Origin: an uncultured Poribacteria bacterium
GTDB taxonomy: Bacteria > Poribacteria > WGA-4E > WGA-3G
Direction of reading: 5' to 3'
Assembly: GCA_951813565.1 (NCBI GenBank)
Contig: OX638351.1
Coordinates: forward strand, 4,320,001 to 4,384,000
DNA length: 64,000 bases
The translations under genes were made by a program, and so were the position numbers. Each line of letters starts with the position of its first letter. Within the stretch, counting starts at the first letter, position 1. Below, in pieces: positions 19,303 through 29,939 of this stretch. Under the pieces are notes generated by a model. The model saw nothing but the letters and a program-made list of their open reading frames with translations, was not told where the DNA came from and ran no database searches.

Positions 19303-19331
19303 TGAAATACTATGTTTTGATCGTTAATAGT

Positions 19332-19361
19332 ATTATACAACAAAATTGCAAAGAGAGTCAA
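19332..19361 (-). promoter_or_regulatory. sigma70-type promoter
   Basis: TTGACT-18nt-TATAAT on the minus strand. Confidence 0.55.
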
Positions 19362-19685
19362 AAATAAATTTGGAAAATGGAAATTGAGTAATTAGGAAAA
19401 AATATAGAACGCTCATATAAAACCCACATTCCGCAGTTGTTTAATCAGAATTTAATATTTATAGGACAAACCCGTGTCACGAAAGGATCCGTACCGGATA
19501 ATAGAGATTTGATGTTGTGAATTAAGATTCTATTTTCCACTTGTCTTCTTCTCTGGTTCACTTGAAATTGCTTGCTCGATGTAGGTGCCGCGTAGGTTTG
19601 AAAAATAAATATCGAAAATCGGAAATTAGAAGTGCGGAATGTAGGTTCTAATTCAAAAGGGAAATTCATTTTTAGAATTGGTATA

Positions 19686-19823
19686 ATACCAATTCTAAAA
19701 TACAATGTCTCATTCTGTAATTTAATGGAATATCAACCGAAGAAAGAATGCTAAGAGGCGCAATGAATTGCGCGACTACGAACGCGTTTTTGTTAATGAG
19801 AAGTTATTATTTAGAAATGGTAT
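19686..19823. mobile_element. MITE with TIR ATACCAWTTCTAAA
   Basis: ATACCAATTCTAAA...TTTAGAAATGGTAT; related copies end at 5459 and ~17255. Confidence 0.7.
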
Positions 19824-19940
19824 AATATGTTGACGAAGCACTACTATAATTTCTGACCATTGAAATTTGTATAATCCAATTAACCTCCTTTTTCGTCTTT
19901 ATGTTAATGTGTCATTTTCTGCGCAAAGGAGGCAACGCTT

Positions 19941-22172
19941 TTGGACCATCATCTATTTTCTTTCCCGCCGTTTCCGAAAATCAGAATTTATTTATTTGTT
20001 CTTACATTTTTATCTATCGTTGTTTCCAATGTTAACGCAGAAACACCAAATTTCCAGATTACAGCATACCGTACCTACGAAAGTATTGAGATTGACGGTG
20101 ATCTAACCGAAGGCGATTGGCAAAAAGCGGAACCGATAAATCAATTTGTTCAAATTGAACCTTATGAAGGTGAAAATAGTTCCGAACCGATGGAGGTACG
20201 TATTCTCTACGATGATGACAATATTTATTTTGGTTTCATCTGTTTCGACTCAGATATGTCAAAACTTGTTGCTAATGAAATGCGTAGAGATGCACGCGAT
20301 ATACACGAAAATGACAATGTTTTTCTACTATTGGATACATACAATGACAAGCGGAGCGGATTCTTTTTTCGTGCAAACGCATTGGGGGCAATACAGGATA
20401 GAGCAATAACGAATAACGGAGATACACTCAACAACGATTGGGATGCCGTTGTGGCATGTAAATCAAAAATTAACGACACATCATGGACAACGGAACTCAG
20501 CATTCCATTTAGTCAGCTCCGTTTCAAAAAGAGCGATCCAATGAGTTGGGGTATGAACGTTGGTCGTGAGCTTATACGGAATCAAGAAGAGACGATATGG
20601 ACACCCGTGCCAGCTTCTTATGGTGGCTTGGCAAAATACCGAACAACAAACCTTGGCACGCTTGGCGGATTAAAGGGAATTACTCCCTCCCGGAATTTAG
20701 AAATTCTGCCGTACTTTCTACCCGGTGTTACGCAAGTCAACGAAGAAGATGCAGCCCTTGAGACCACACGGGAACTTAAACTCGGCTTTGATGCAAAATA
20801 TAGCGTCACTTCTAACCTAATTACAGACATTACCTATAATACCGACTTCGCGCAAGTTGAGGCAGATCAGGAACAGGTTAACCTCACCCGGTTTAGTCTC
20901 TTCTTTCCGGAAAAAAGACCCTTCTTTTTGGAAGGGGCGGGACTTTTCGATTTTGGCGTCCCAAGACAAAGTTTTCGGAGACCCCCGCCGATGCTTCTTT
21001 TTTACAGTCGGCGCATCGGATTAGCTGAGGGAAACGCTATTCCGATTATTTTCGGTGGAAAAGCCAGCGGCAAAATCGGTTCTTATGGTGTTGGGGTTCT
21101 CAATGTTCTTACAGACGAATTCTATGACGAACCCGCAGAAGATGATCCAGTTGACATTCCGCGTACCAATTACTCTGTCATCCGAATTACAAAGGATGCT
21201 GCAGCAGGATCGCGCTTCGGCATGATTGTTGTAAATAAAGACGAATTCGGCAATTATAACCGCGCAGGTGGATTCGACTTTGAATTTCGCCCTAACGATA
21301 GACTTGATGTACGCGGCATGTGGGCACGTACCTTTTCACCTGATATGTCTGGGAAAAATAATGCTTGGTACTTCGGCACGCGATGGCGAAATGACATCTT
21401 TCGAATCGGAGGATCCTACACCGATATTGATGAAGATTTTGATCCTGCGGTTGGATACGTCCGACAAACAGGAATGCGCCAAATGCGAACTGAAATGCGG
21501 TGGACGCCCAGACCACAAAAATACGGAATTCGTGAAATTTGGTCGGGTCCAGAAGTAAATTACATTCTCAACCAAGAAAATGAATTGGAACGGTGGAACT
21601 TTTCCTATACCCATTGGACATCATTCGCCACAGGTGACTCTGTGATGTTTTTTGCGAGAGGGATGTTTGAACGACTGGACGAAGATTTTGAAATTCGCGA
21701 GGATGTGCTTATTCCGATTGGGGATTACCAATACAGCATAGTCGGAGGGCGATTTTCAACCAGTGATAGCCGTGTTATCAGTACGACAACCGGTTTTGAA
21801 TTGGGAAACTTTTATAATGGTCAAATTCGTAAATTTTTTGTTGACGGCTCTCTGAAACCAAGTGGACGAATCAGTCTACACTTAGACTACGAATTTAATC
21901 GTGTCAACTTACCAACAGGTGATTTTGATGCTAACCTTTTCTCAGGCAGGTTCTATTACTCGTTTTCAACAACCTTGTTTGCAAAAATCTTTGCACAATG
22001 GAATACGGAGACGAACCTTGTGTCTACAAATTTCCTGATCAATTACATCTATCGTCCTGGGAGCGATTTCTATTTTGTTTTCAATCAAACCTACGATACA
22101 GACAAGACAACAAAAGCAGCACTTCGGAATTCTACTGTAGTTGCAAAAATGACGTTTTGGTGGAATCCGTAA
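19941..22172 (+). CDS. CBM9-like + DUF5916 outer-membrane beta-barrel protein
   Basis: IEIDGDLTEGDW, ELSIPFSQLRF, NTDFAQVEAD..VNLTRFSLFFPEKRPFFLEG, LFYSRRIG. Confidence 0.88.
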   Translation: MDHHLFSFPPFPKIRIYLFVLTFLSIVVSNVNAETPNFQITAYRTYESIEIDGDLTEGDWQKAEPINQFVQIEPYEGENSSEPMEVRILYDDDNIYFGFICFDSDMSKLVANEMRRDARDIHENDNVFLLLDTYNDKRSGFFFRANALGAIQDRAITNNGDTLNNDWDAVVACKSKINDTSWTTELSIPFSQLRFKKSDPMSWGMNVGRELIRNQEETIWTPVPASYGGLAKYRTTNLGTLGGLKGITPSRNLEILPYFLPGVTQVNEEDAALETTRELKLGFDAKYSVTSNLITDITYNTDFAQVEADQEQVNLTRFSLFFPEKRPFFLEGAGLFDFGVPRQSFRRPPPMLLFYSRRIGLAEGNAIPIIFGGKASGKIGSYGVGVLNVLTDEFYDEPAEDDPVDIPRTNYSVIRITKDAAAGSRFGMIVVNKDEFGNYNRAGGFDFEFRPNDRLDVRGMWARTFSPDMSGKNNAWYFGTRWRNDIFRIGGSYTDIDEDFDPAVGYVRQTGMRQMRTEMRWTPRPQKYGIREIWSGPEVNYILNQENELERWNFSYTHWTSFATGDSVMFFARGMFERLDEDFEIREDVLIPIGDYQYSIVGGRFSTSDSRVISTTTGFELGNFYNGQIRKFFVDGSLKPSGRISLHLDYEFNRVNLPTGDFDANLFSGRFYYSFSTTLFAKIFAQWNTETNLVSTNFLINYIYRPGSDFYFVFNQTYDTDKTTKAALRNSTVVAKMTFWWNP

Positions 22173-22267
22173 TCAAACGTTCCTGCAAAGAAATAGATAA
22201 ATTCTTGAAAAAACATGCCTACAACTCAAAAAAGTTGACAAATACTTTAAAATACGCTATAATTTAC

Positions 22268-22571
22268 TATATAAACGACTTGTGCCAGTTAACATTTTGT
22301 TTTGTTGGTTTTCACATATATTTGCATTTGTGCTATATACATATCGTTCCTACCAAATCAACGCCAAATGCGCGTGTAGCATTTGTCGGGACTAAAGAGT
22401 GCTCGTCCAATCATTTTCTATAAACATATCGTCCCTACCAAATCAACGTCAAATGCGCTTATGGCATTTGTCGGGACTGAAGAACATATAAATATATGAT
22501 AATGACTTACAAACATTTTCTTTTGTGAAATAAAGTTCTACAAATGGTTATTTAGCACAACTCGTTATATA
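22268..22571. mobile_element. MITE with TIR TATA(A)ACGASTTGTGC carrying two REP+34-nt units
   Basis: TATATAAACGACTTGTGC...GCACAACTCGTTATATA; units at 22354-22387 and 22439-22472. Confidence 0.65.
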
Positions 22572-22767
22572 AGTAGGTCCATAGGGAAATAATCAGTTTT
22601 TAATCAAAGTTGGTACTGATGCTACAATATCATTTATAGGCAAATTAATGTGTATCAAACCTTGATTTACGCGACACTATCGATTTTACGAACGATCTCA
22701 TAAACTCCGGTAAGTGTGTTGTAAGCGCGCTATCGACATCACGAGATAATTTCTGGGAGGAAAAGAG

Positions 22768-23721
22768 ATGAGTAGAAGTTCCGATATTGCATACCAAATG
22801 CAACAGCGTCGTGCTGAACGGAAAAAACCAAAGATCAATGCAAAATTGAAGAAAGTTAGCATTGATGAAAGTCAGAAAGGCGGAATTGCTGCCGCACAAG
22901 AAAACAAACCACCGCCGATAACCTTGCAAAAAACAAGCGGACGAAATTCCGCTGCTTTAACGTTTTCAATAGCACTACACGTGTCAATTGCACTTCTCTT
23001 GGGTTTTCTTTACATTAAGGACCAGATTGCGTCTGAAAGTGATGAACTTGCAGTCGCATTGGTCCCACAAGAGATGCCTCAAAGGGAACGAAACACTATT
23101 AAAGCACGTCCTCGCCCGACATTTGATGCCAAGCCGCAGGAGATTGATGCGCCAATTAAACGCACACCTGTGACGAATGCAAATATCCCACAGAGACAAA
23201 GCGATTTCAAACTTCCGTCTCCAAGTGATACGGATCTCGCGCTTGTAGACCCCGGGCTGGATGGGGGACCAAGAGTTAATGTGATTCCAAGAGGTTTGAA
23301 AGGGCCGGTTCAACCTGCACAGAACGCAGTAAAACCAACAGTTGAAAGACCTGCCCAGAGTAGCTCGCCACTTGCAGACCTTTCTAATAACACGAAGTCT
23401 ACTGAAGGACCAGTTTTAAACGTTCCTGATATTGATACCTCACAAGCAGGAACATCATATCCTAAGGCTACAAAAGCGCCGAAGCCGATCTATCCTAAGA
23501 ATGCCAAACGGGCAGAAAAGGAAGGCATCGTAGAGTTAAAAGCAACCGTGGGAACTGATGGGATACCACGAAATATTGTTGCTTTGACAGAAATTGGATT
23601 CGGTTTTGAAGAGGCAGCGATTGAAGCGATGAAAAAGTGGAGATTTATTCCAGGGAAGAAAAAAGGCAAAGAGATTGAAATGACCGTTAAAATTAAGATC
23701 GAGTTTACATTGGACGACTAA
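22768..23721 (+). CDS. tonB: Energy transducer TonB
   Basis: TM SIALH motif, Pro-rich linker, C-terminal PIYPKNAKRAEKEGIV...AAIEAMKKWRFIPG. Confidence 0.88.
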   Translation: MSRSSDIAYQMQQRRAERKKPKINAKLKKVSIDESQKGGIAAAQENKPPPITLQKTSGRNSAALTFSIALHVSIALLLGFLYIKDQIASESDELAVALVPQEMPQRERNTIKARPRPTFDAKPQEIDAPIKRTPVTNANIPQRQSDFKLPSPSDTDLALVDPGLDGGPRVNVIPRGLKGPVQPAQNAVKPTVERPAQSSSPLADLSNNTKSTEGPVLNVPDIDTSQAGTSYPKATKAPKPIYPKNAKRAEKEGIVELKATVGTDGIPRNIVALTEIGFGFEEAAIEAMKKWRFIPGKKKGKEIEMTVKIKIEFTLDD

Positions 23722-23785
23722 TTGAGTTTTGAGATGTATGCTGGTAGAAATTCTTTAGGTTGGAAACTGTTAACGGTGCCGAAGT

Positions 23786-24589
23786 CTACTGGATTTTTAA
23801 GAGTCCTTTTGCTGCAAAATTTCGAACTAAATTCACGACAGATTGCTGAGCAATTTCGCTTAACTGTTTCTGTTCAAAAGTGAGTTGCTCACTTTCAGCT
23901 TCAACAGTTTCCGCTTGTGCAGCCGACATATTTTCAAAGAATCTATCCTGAATTTCGGGTGAGGCTTCGTGCAAGGCAAGGGCTAAGGTATTTGTCTCTA
24001 AAACTTGCAGGAGTGTCATAATCGCTTCATCAGGGACATCAATAAGGTCTTCAAAGGTAAACAAACCATCCGCAACGGTGTTTGCCAATTCAGGTTGATT
24101 TTTTTCCAATGCTTTCATAAGTTGATTCTGTCGTTTGATATCAACTTTTGCAAGGAATTTCGCGAGGTTTTTCGGTCCGTTGCCGAAGAATAGCGTGCTT
24201 TGTAGTATGCTGTTTATATTACCAACAAGGTCATTCCAAATCTCCTCCGCTTGTCCGGTGTCAACCATCTCTGTTTCTGCTAAGTGTTCAGCAATGCGAA
24301 TCTGTCTCTGCATTGGGAATTGTGCGAAGATCTGCTGCGCATAAGCGGTAAGTGTTCCTTCTTTCTGCTCTTTAGATTTACCGTCCTCAGTCTGCGCTAA
24401 TGTCTTACGTATCTCATCGGAACTACCAGAGGGAACTTTGCCAGCCGCAACATCCAATAATAATAAGAAAACAGCGGTGTCCACATCGTCTACCTGCTCA
24501 AATGCTTGCATAATCACTGGTAACGGTGTTTTTTCAAATAGGTTTGTCAGTTCTTGAACCGAGGCTTCATTTAAGAATGGCGCGGACAC
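23786..24589 (-). CDS. FliG C-terminal domain-like protein
   Basis: GPKNLAKFL, PELANTVADGLFTFEDL, LALAL, FFENMS, AQQSVVNLVR match FliG_C; overlaps the purM stop. Confidence 0.7.
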   Translation of the reverse strand: MSAPFLNEASVQELTNLFEKTPLPVIMQAFEQVDDVDTAVFLLLLDVAAGKVPSGSSDEIRKTLAQTEDGKSKEQKEGTLTAYAQQIFAQFPMQRQIRIAEHLAETEMVDTGQAEEIWNDLVGNINSILQSTLFFGNGPKNLAKFLAKVDIKRQNQLMKALEKNQPELANTVADGLFTFEDLIDVPDEAIMTLLQVLETNTLALALHEASPEIQDRFFENMSAAQAETVEAESEQLTFEQKQLSEIAQQSVVNLVRNFAAKGLLKIQ

Positions 24590-25617
24590 AATTCAACTCC
24601 TTTGTTCCCTGAAACTATATCTCCCAGTAAGAACGCCGACTCATCTGATGCGCTTAGCGACTCCAAAGCTGCCGAGATGGAATCGGGGGCGACTACCAAT
24701 ACAATTCCAACTCCCATATTAAAAACACGATACATTTCTGCTTCTTCTACGTTACCTTCTCGTTGGAGTATCGCAAAAATGTGTGGAACATCCCAACTTT
24801 GCATCTGAATTCTTGCGTGGCATCCTTCAGGCAGAATTCGCGTTAGGTTTGCTGGCAATCCGCCGCCAGTTATATGGGCAATTCCTTTTACATCACATAC
24901 GTTGCGAAGTTCTAAGATGGATTTGACATAACTTTTGTGTGTTTTAAGCAGTTCTTCCCCGACTGTAGATGAAAGTTCAGGTAGATAAGTATCCACGTCG
25001 TAGTTACAACGGTCAAATAATATGCGTCGTGCAAGTGAATATCCGTTTGTATGTAATCCCGTTGATGCTAAACCGATTAACTTATCCCCAGGACCGATGC
25101 TTTCTCCAGTAATTAGGGCACTCCTTTCTACTACCCCTACGATTGTTCCGACCAGATCATATTCGCCCGGTGCATAGAAACCGGGGAGTTCTGCAGTCTC
25201 TCCGCCAATTAAAGCACAGCCAATCTGTCGGCACCCAGATGTAAGTCCTATAATAATTTGTTCAAAAACCGATGGTTCCAGTTTTCCGATCCCGATATAA
25301 TCCAAAAAGAAAAGCGGTTCAGCCCCTTGCACAACGATGTCATTTCCACAGTGTGCCACAATATCATAGCCGACAGTATCGTGTTTATCTGCTTTAAAGG
25401 CAACTTTCAACTTCGTGCCGACACTATCTGTGCTGGAAACAAGAATAGGTTGCTTATATGTGCCGAGCGCAAATAACCCACCAAAACTACCCACGTCGCT
25501 GATAACTTCGGATCGGTAGGTGGTCTGCATGATGCCTTTTATCCGTTGCATAGCCTTGGATTCGGCTTCAAATGACACACCTGCATCGGCATAGGACAGC
25601 GGTTTTTTATCTGCCAT
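24571..25617 (-). CDS. purM: Phosphoribosylformylglycinamidine cyclo-ligase
   Basis: SYADAGV, GAEPLFFLDY, GGETAELPG, GLHTNGYSL, AHITGGG, FNMGVG. Confidence 0.97.
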   Translation of the reverse strand: MADKKPLSYADAGVSFEAESKAMQRIKGIMQTTYRSEVISDVGSFGGLFALGTYKQPILVSSTDSVGTKLKVAFKADKHDTVGYDIVAHCGNDIVVQGAEPLFFLDYIGIGKLEPSVFEQIIIGLTSGCRQIGCALIGGETAELPGFYAPGEYDLVGTIVGVVERSALITGESIGPGDKLIGLASTGLHTNGYSLARRILFDRCNYDVDTYLPELSSTVGEELLKTHKSYVKSILELRNVCDVKGIAHITGGGLPANLTRILPEGCHARIQMQSWDVPHIFAILQREGNVEEAEMYRVFNMGVGIVLVVAPDSISAALESLSASDESAFLLGDIVSGNKGVELCPRHS

Positions 25618-25627
25618 CCAATTCTCC

Positions 25628-26035
25628 TTATTTTTTTAAATTTTTTGGACCAAAAAGTTGGGCATTAGCATCTTGCGTTTTTGATTTGTCTGTTTTTGAC
25701 CTATGGCTTAGGATTAGTCCTTTCAAAAGGCTGATCACTAAAAAGAAAACGGTAATTATTATAGCACCAAGTGTTCCAAAGTACTGCGAATCTTCCTTTA
25801 CCATCTCAGGATTCCATTTAAGGATTACGATAGGGAGTATCCAATTCAAAACCATACCAAGGATAGAATACATTACGACGAGCTTAAATGTAGAAACACC
25901 TTGTGATGTGTGGAGCGAATTTCGCACCATTCCACCCATTCCAGTTCTTGATCTACCGGTATTTTGGCGATTCTGCAAAGTTCGCCTCGGAGAATTCTTT
26001 TTATTTTTTTGGTTTGGTGGGGCAATAAATACCAT
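25628..26035 (-). CDS. Hypothetical membrane protein (2 TM)
   Basis: Basic N-terminus and two hydrophobic segments; AAGGA RBS; located between purF and purM. Confidence 0.65.
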   Translation of the reverse strand: MVFIAPPNQKNKKNSPRRTLQNRQNTGRSRTGMGGMVRNSLHTSQGVSTFKLVVMYSILGMVLNWILPIVILKWNPEMVKEDSQYFGTLGAIIITVFFLVISLLKGLILSHRSKTDKSKTQDANAQLFGPKNLKK

Positions 26036-26144
26036 AGCATTTCCTTATTCTACAGCAGGAGTGATTATGTTTTCCCACGTTATCTGATTTGTTTACTAAA
26101 AAGGATTCCTTTTTCGATAGCGATCTCTGGAGGGTTGATAGTAA

Positions 26145-27548
26145 TTAATCTATGATTAATGGTAACTGGCGAGGTATACCTTCATTGGTAATACGATACT
26201 TTCCATCAAAACAGGCTGTGCAAAAATTTTCTGGTTTATTCACTGCCTTGAGCATTCCGTCAATACTAACGTACCCTAAGCTATCGGCTCGAATATATTT
26301 GCGGATATCCTCAATAGAATGTTTACTTGCAATTAGTTCTGCACGCGTAGGCGTATCAACACCATAGAAACATGGGAACTTATTGGGCGGTGACGCAATA
26401 CGCACATGTACTGCAGTTGCCCCACCTTGCCGAACAATTTTGACGAGTTTCCTGCTATTTGTGCCGCGCATGATTGAATCATCAACCATAACAACCCGTT
26501 TACCTTTGAGGACTTCGCGAATCGGATTCAACTTCACCTTCACCATGAGTTCTCGAATATCTTGTGTAGGATTCATAAAGGATCTTCCCACGTAGGTGTT
26601 TCTTGACAGTCCGAGGTCGAAAGGAATACCAGATTCTTGTGCGTAACCGAGCGCAGCAATTGTTGCAGAATCTGGAACAGGAATTACGACATCCGCTTTG
26701 ACAGGATGTTCACGTGCAAGCTGCTTACCGAAGGCACGCCTTGTGCTGTTCACACCCTGTCCAAACATCATGCCATCAGGACGAGCGAGGTAGATATATT
26801 CAAAGATACATTGGGATAATTTGGGTTGTTTTGGGGAGAAACGGAAAGATTCCACACCGAGATGTTTTGAACGCATAGTAACCAATTCACCCGGATCAAC
26901 CTCACGAATCGGTTCTGCTTCTATAACATCAAGGGCACATGTCTCAGAAGTTAATATATAAGCATCTCCGAGCTTGCCGATCCACAGCGGACGAAATCCG
27001 TGTGGGTCACGCGCGCCCATTAACGTTGTCTTATCCAGAACAATGAACGAATACGCACCTTCGACTGCACGAAACGCATCAAAAATTCTATCTTCCAAAC
27101 TGTCTTGGCGGGAATGTGCTATCAGGTGGCAGACAACTTCGGTATCCAGACTTGTGCTAAAAATTGAACCGAGGTTCTCAAGATGATTTCGGATGTGAGA
27201 TGCATTGATTAAGTTCCCATTGTGACCAAGTGCAAGCTGACCCTGCTTATAATTACGCACCAAAGGTTGAGCATTTTCAAGTGTGCTTTCTCCCGCCGTT
27301 GAATATCGGTTATGCCCAATTGCAATGTGGCCTTTAAGTTTTGCTAAAACATCGGTATTAAACACAGAATCAACAAGCCCCATCCCATGGTGACTCGATA
27401 ATCTCTCACCATCTGACGAGACAATCCCGCTGCTCTCTTGTCCACGATGTTGAAGTGCGCGTAACCCCAAGTAGGTTAATTCTACCGCTCTTGGGTGTCC
27501 AAAAACACCGAATACGCCGCATTCGTCTTTGGGTTTATCATACTGCAT
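26145..27548 (-). CDS. purF: Amidophosphoribosyltransferase
   Basis: Propeptide + CGVFG, QHRGQES, GHNRYST, CIFEYIY, VDDSIMRG. Confidence 0.97.
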   Translation of the reverse strand: MQYDKPKDECGVFGVFGHPRAVELTYLGLRALQHRGQESSGIVSSDGERLSSHHGMGLVDSVFNTDVLAKLKGHIAIGHNRYSTAGESTLENAQPLVRNYKQGQLALGHNGNLINASHIRNHLENLGSIFSTSLDTEVVCHLIAHSRQDSLEDRIFDAFRAVEGAYSFIVLDKTTLMGARDPHGFRPLWIGKLGDAYILTSETCALDVIEAEPIREVDPGELVTMRSKHLGVESFRFSPKQPKLSQCIFEYIYLARPDGMMFGQGVNSTRRAFGKQLAREHPVKADVVIPVPDSATIAALGYAQESGIPFDLGLSRNTYVGRSFMNPTQDIRELMVKVKLNPIREVLKGKRVVMVDDSIMRGTNSRKLVKIVRQGGATAVHVRIASPPNKFPCFYGVDTPTRAELIASKHSIEDIRKYIRADSLGYVSIDGMLKAVNKPENFCTACFDGKYRITNEGIPRQLPLIID

Positions 27549-27672
27549 TCGTCAGTGATACCTCCGGCACGCGAACGATTCGCGTAATTCATGGTGCTAT
27601 ACATTGATAGAGATGTAACCTTCGTGGTTACTAATCAATTGAACACCATCAGAAACGGTTATTTATCATGAA

Positions 27673-28218
27673 TTAAGTTTCTTGGACGTTGACTTCTGCA
27701 TCATCTATATTTGATAATTGATACCCCAAAATTGCCCCAATCGGTATTGCCACAACATATAAAATTTCGACCGGAATCCGTAGCATTATCCAAGCTCGAA
27801 TGGGTAACGACAAAAGGAATGCAATTGTTTGAAACACTGGAATAATTATGTTGAGAACTACATTCTGTGTTCCAAAAATTTCCCATGGAACATTCCGCAG
27901 TGCAAGCAGCCCAACAATTGCAGGTGCACCCAAGAAAGCCCCTGAACACACCGGTTTGAAAGGAATATCAATTCCGAATTTCCGTCCAGCAAATCGAATT
28001 CCTTCAGTTACCCCCACTATGATTGCACCGTAAGTACATCCTATTGATAGTAACAAAAACAGCCCTACCCAAAATCCATGCGTAATTCCGTCACCAATAA
28101 GCATCTGCCAAAAAAATTTTTTAAATAATAGATAAATTAAGCAGCCAGCGACCGTTATCACACCTCCGATAGCGATTTGGCTTAGCGTTAGTAGGATACT
28201 ATTTTTTTTTGACATCAC
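27673..28218 (-). CDS. Hypothetical membrane protein
   Basis: Several hydrophobic helices; AGGAG RBS. Confidence 0.7.
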   Translation of the reverse strand: MMSKKNSILLTLSQIAIGGVITVAGCLIYLLFKKFFWQMLIGDGITHGFWVGLFLLLSIGCTYGAIIVGVTEGIRFAGRKFGIDIPFKPVCSGAFLGAPAIVGLLALRNVPWEIFGTQNVVLNIIIPVFQTIAFLLSLPIRAWIMLRIPVEILYVVAIPIGAILGYQLSNIDDAEVNVQET

Positions 28219-28416
28219 ATCTCCTTATCTATATGATTCATCTATTTGTAAGTATATCATGGTGTCATAGATTTGTCAAGATATTTGGAGATATTACCAT
28301 TTAAATTTTGTTCTCAACTTTCAGTAAAAAATTCATATTTTTGAAGAAAAATGAGCCAATTTACTACAAATACTTATGGGAGTGATGGTAGTTTGTAGGA
28401 AACCAAATACTTACAA

Positions 28417-29780
28417 GTCATAGGTACCCACTACCTAAAGGTAGGGGCTTGTGCTTCCTTGCGACTGCGGTTTTCTCAGAGAGTTGACCGTCTTATTGTC
28501 GCTCCACTTTAGGCAGCCAAGCCTGCCCGTTTGATATTGATAGCAGCGTTGGTGTCTCGGTCGTGGTGTGAACCACATTCGGGACATGTCCACTGCCTAT
28601 CAGAAAGAGAGAGTTCTTTGTTATGGTATCCACAATCACTACAAGGTTTTGTTGTTGCTATCCATTGCGAGATTCGCACAAGTTTTTTGCCGTGCTTCGC
28701 ACACTTCTGTTCCAATATCTGAAGAAACTGGTAGAAAGAATGGTCAGAAACTTTACGTCCCCATAATCGTTTCATACCGTCAAGGTTCAGCGTTTCCAAA
28801 ATGAGTGTGTCAAACTCTACACAAAGTTTTGAGGCAAGTTTCCATTGCCAATCTTCTCTTTGTCGGGCAACTTTTCTGTGTTGCCTTGCTAAAGCACGGC
28901 ACGCACGATAATAGTTGTTAGAACCTTTGACTTTACGACTGAGTGCTTTGTTGAGAGATCGCAACGTGTTGAGTGATTGTTTGAAAAACTGCGGGGATTC
29001 TATTGTGTCCCCTTCGTCGCTTGTGAGGAATGTTTTGTTTCCGTAATCAAATCCTGCGCTCTTACCTGTCTTGGGTTTGGGTTCGGGATCGTCAACATTC
29101 TCGCACGAAAAGCATATCCAATAGTCACCGCACCTGTCACGTTTGATGGTGATCGTCTTGATGACACCTTTGATTTCACGGTGTTTGTGAAACGAAAACC
29201 ATGTATCTATACAGTTGATTTTGATACGATTATCTTCAAGTTTGTAGCCCGCTTGTGTGAAGGTCATGGAGTTGTATTTGTGTCTCGGTTTGATTTTCGG
29301 TCTACCCACTTTACGCGTTGTTTTACCTGATTTGCGGCTTGCTATATTTTGGAAAAATGCGTCTTGTGATTTACCATAACGTAGGACAACGTCTTGCACA
29401 ACTTGACTCGGCAAGGCTGCCCAATGCGGTTTAGTTGTCTTTTTAAGTTTTGTGACGTGTGCCTTCAGACGATACGCAGACAAATTTTTGCCGAACATGC
29501 GATAATACCTACGTGCCAAACGCATGATATGCACATGGATTTCCCACATATCATCAAGCATATTACCAAGTTTGATTGTGTTAGATTGGTGTTGAAGTTT
29601 GAACTTGTGAGATTTTCTCATTGTCCACTTTGACCTTCAATATAGTCTTTTATCACTTCAAGAGCTACAATATAGTATGATATATTATACCACATTGTGA
29701 TTAGATTGAAAGTATATTTTAAATCAAAACTTTCGCCGTCTACATCCCCTACCTAAAGGCAGGGGGTTTGACGGGGAGTG
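28417..29780 (-). mobile_element. Non-autonomous IS605-family (tnpB-only) element, copy 2
   Basis: Same ends as copy 1 on the minus strand; target TTAG, end TGAC. Confidence 0.95.
28509..29621 (-). CDS. tnpB: TnpB RNA-guided endonuclease
   Basis: RuvC D/E/D and Zn finger intact. Confidence 0.95.
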   Translation of the reverse strand: MRKSHKFKLQHQSNTIKLGNMLDDMWEIHVHIMRLARRYYRMFGKNLSAYRLKAHVTKLKKTTKPHWAALPSQVVQDVVLRYGKSQDAFFQNIASRKSGKTTRKVGRPKIKPRHKYNSMTFTQAGYKLEDNRIKINCIDTWFSFHKHREIKGVIKTITIKRDRCGDYWICFSCENVDDPEPKPKTGKSAGFDYGNKTFLTSDEGDTIESPQFFKQSLNTLRSLNKALSRKVKGSNNYYRACRALARQHRKVARQREDWQWKLASKLCVEFDTLILETLNLDGMKRLWGRKVSDHSFYQFLQILEQKCAKHGKKLVRISQWIATTKPCSDCGYHNKELSLSDRQWTCPECGSHHDRDTNAAINIKRAGLAA

Positions 29781-29939
29781 CTAATGCTGCATTAATTACA
29801 TTTGGTCTGGAGTACTTAACTTTCAAATTCGTCTTGCATTCTTACGAATTTAATGATAGTATAATAATCATGTCAACGTCTGGATATGATTAGCGTTACA
29901 CTTAGAAATATATTTGATTTGACAACAGGAGAACTAAAA

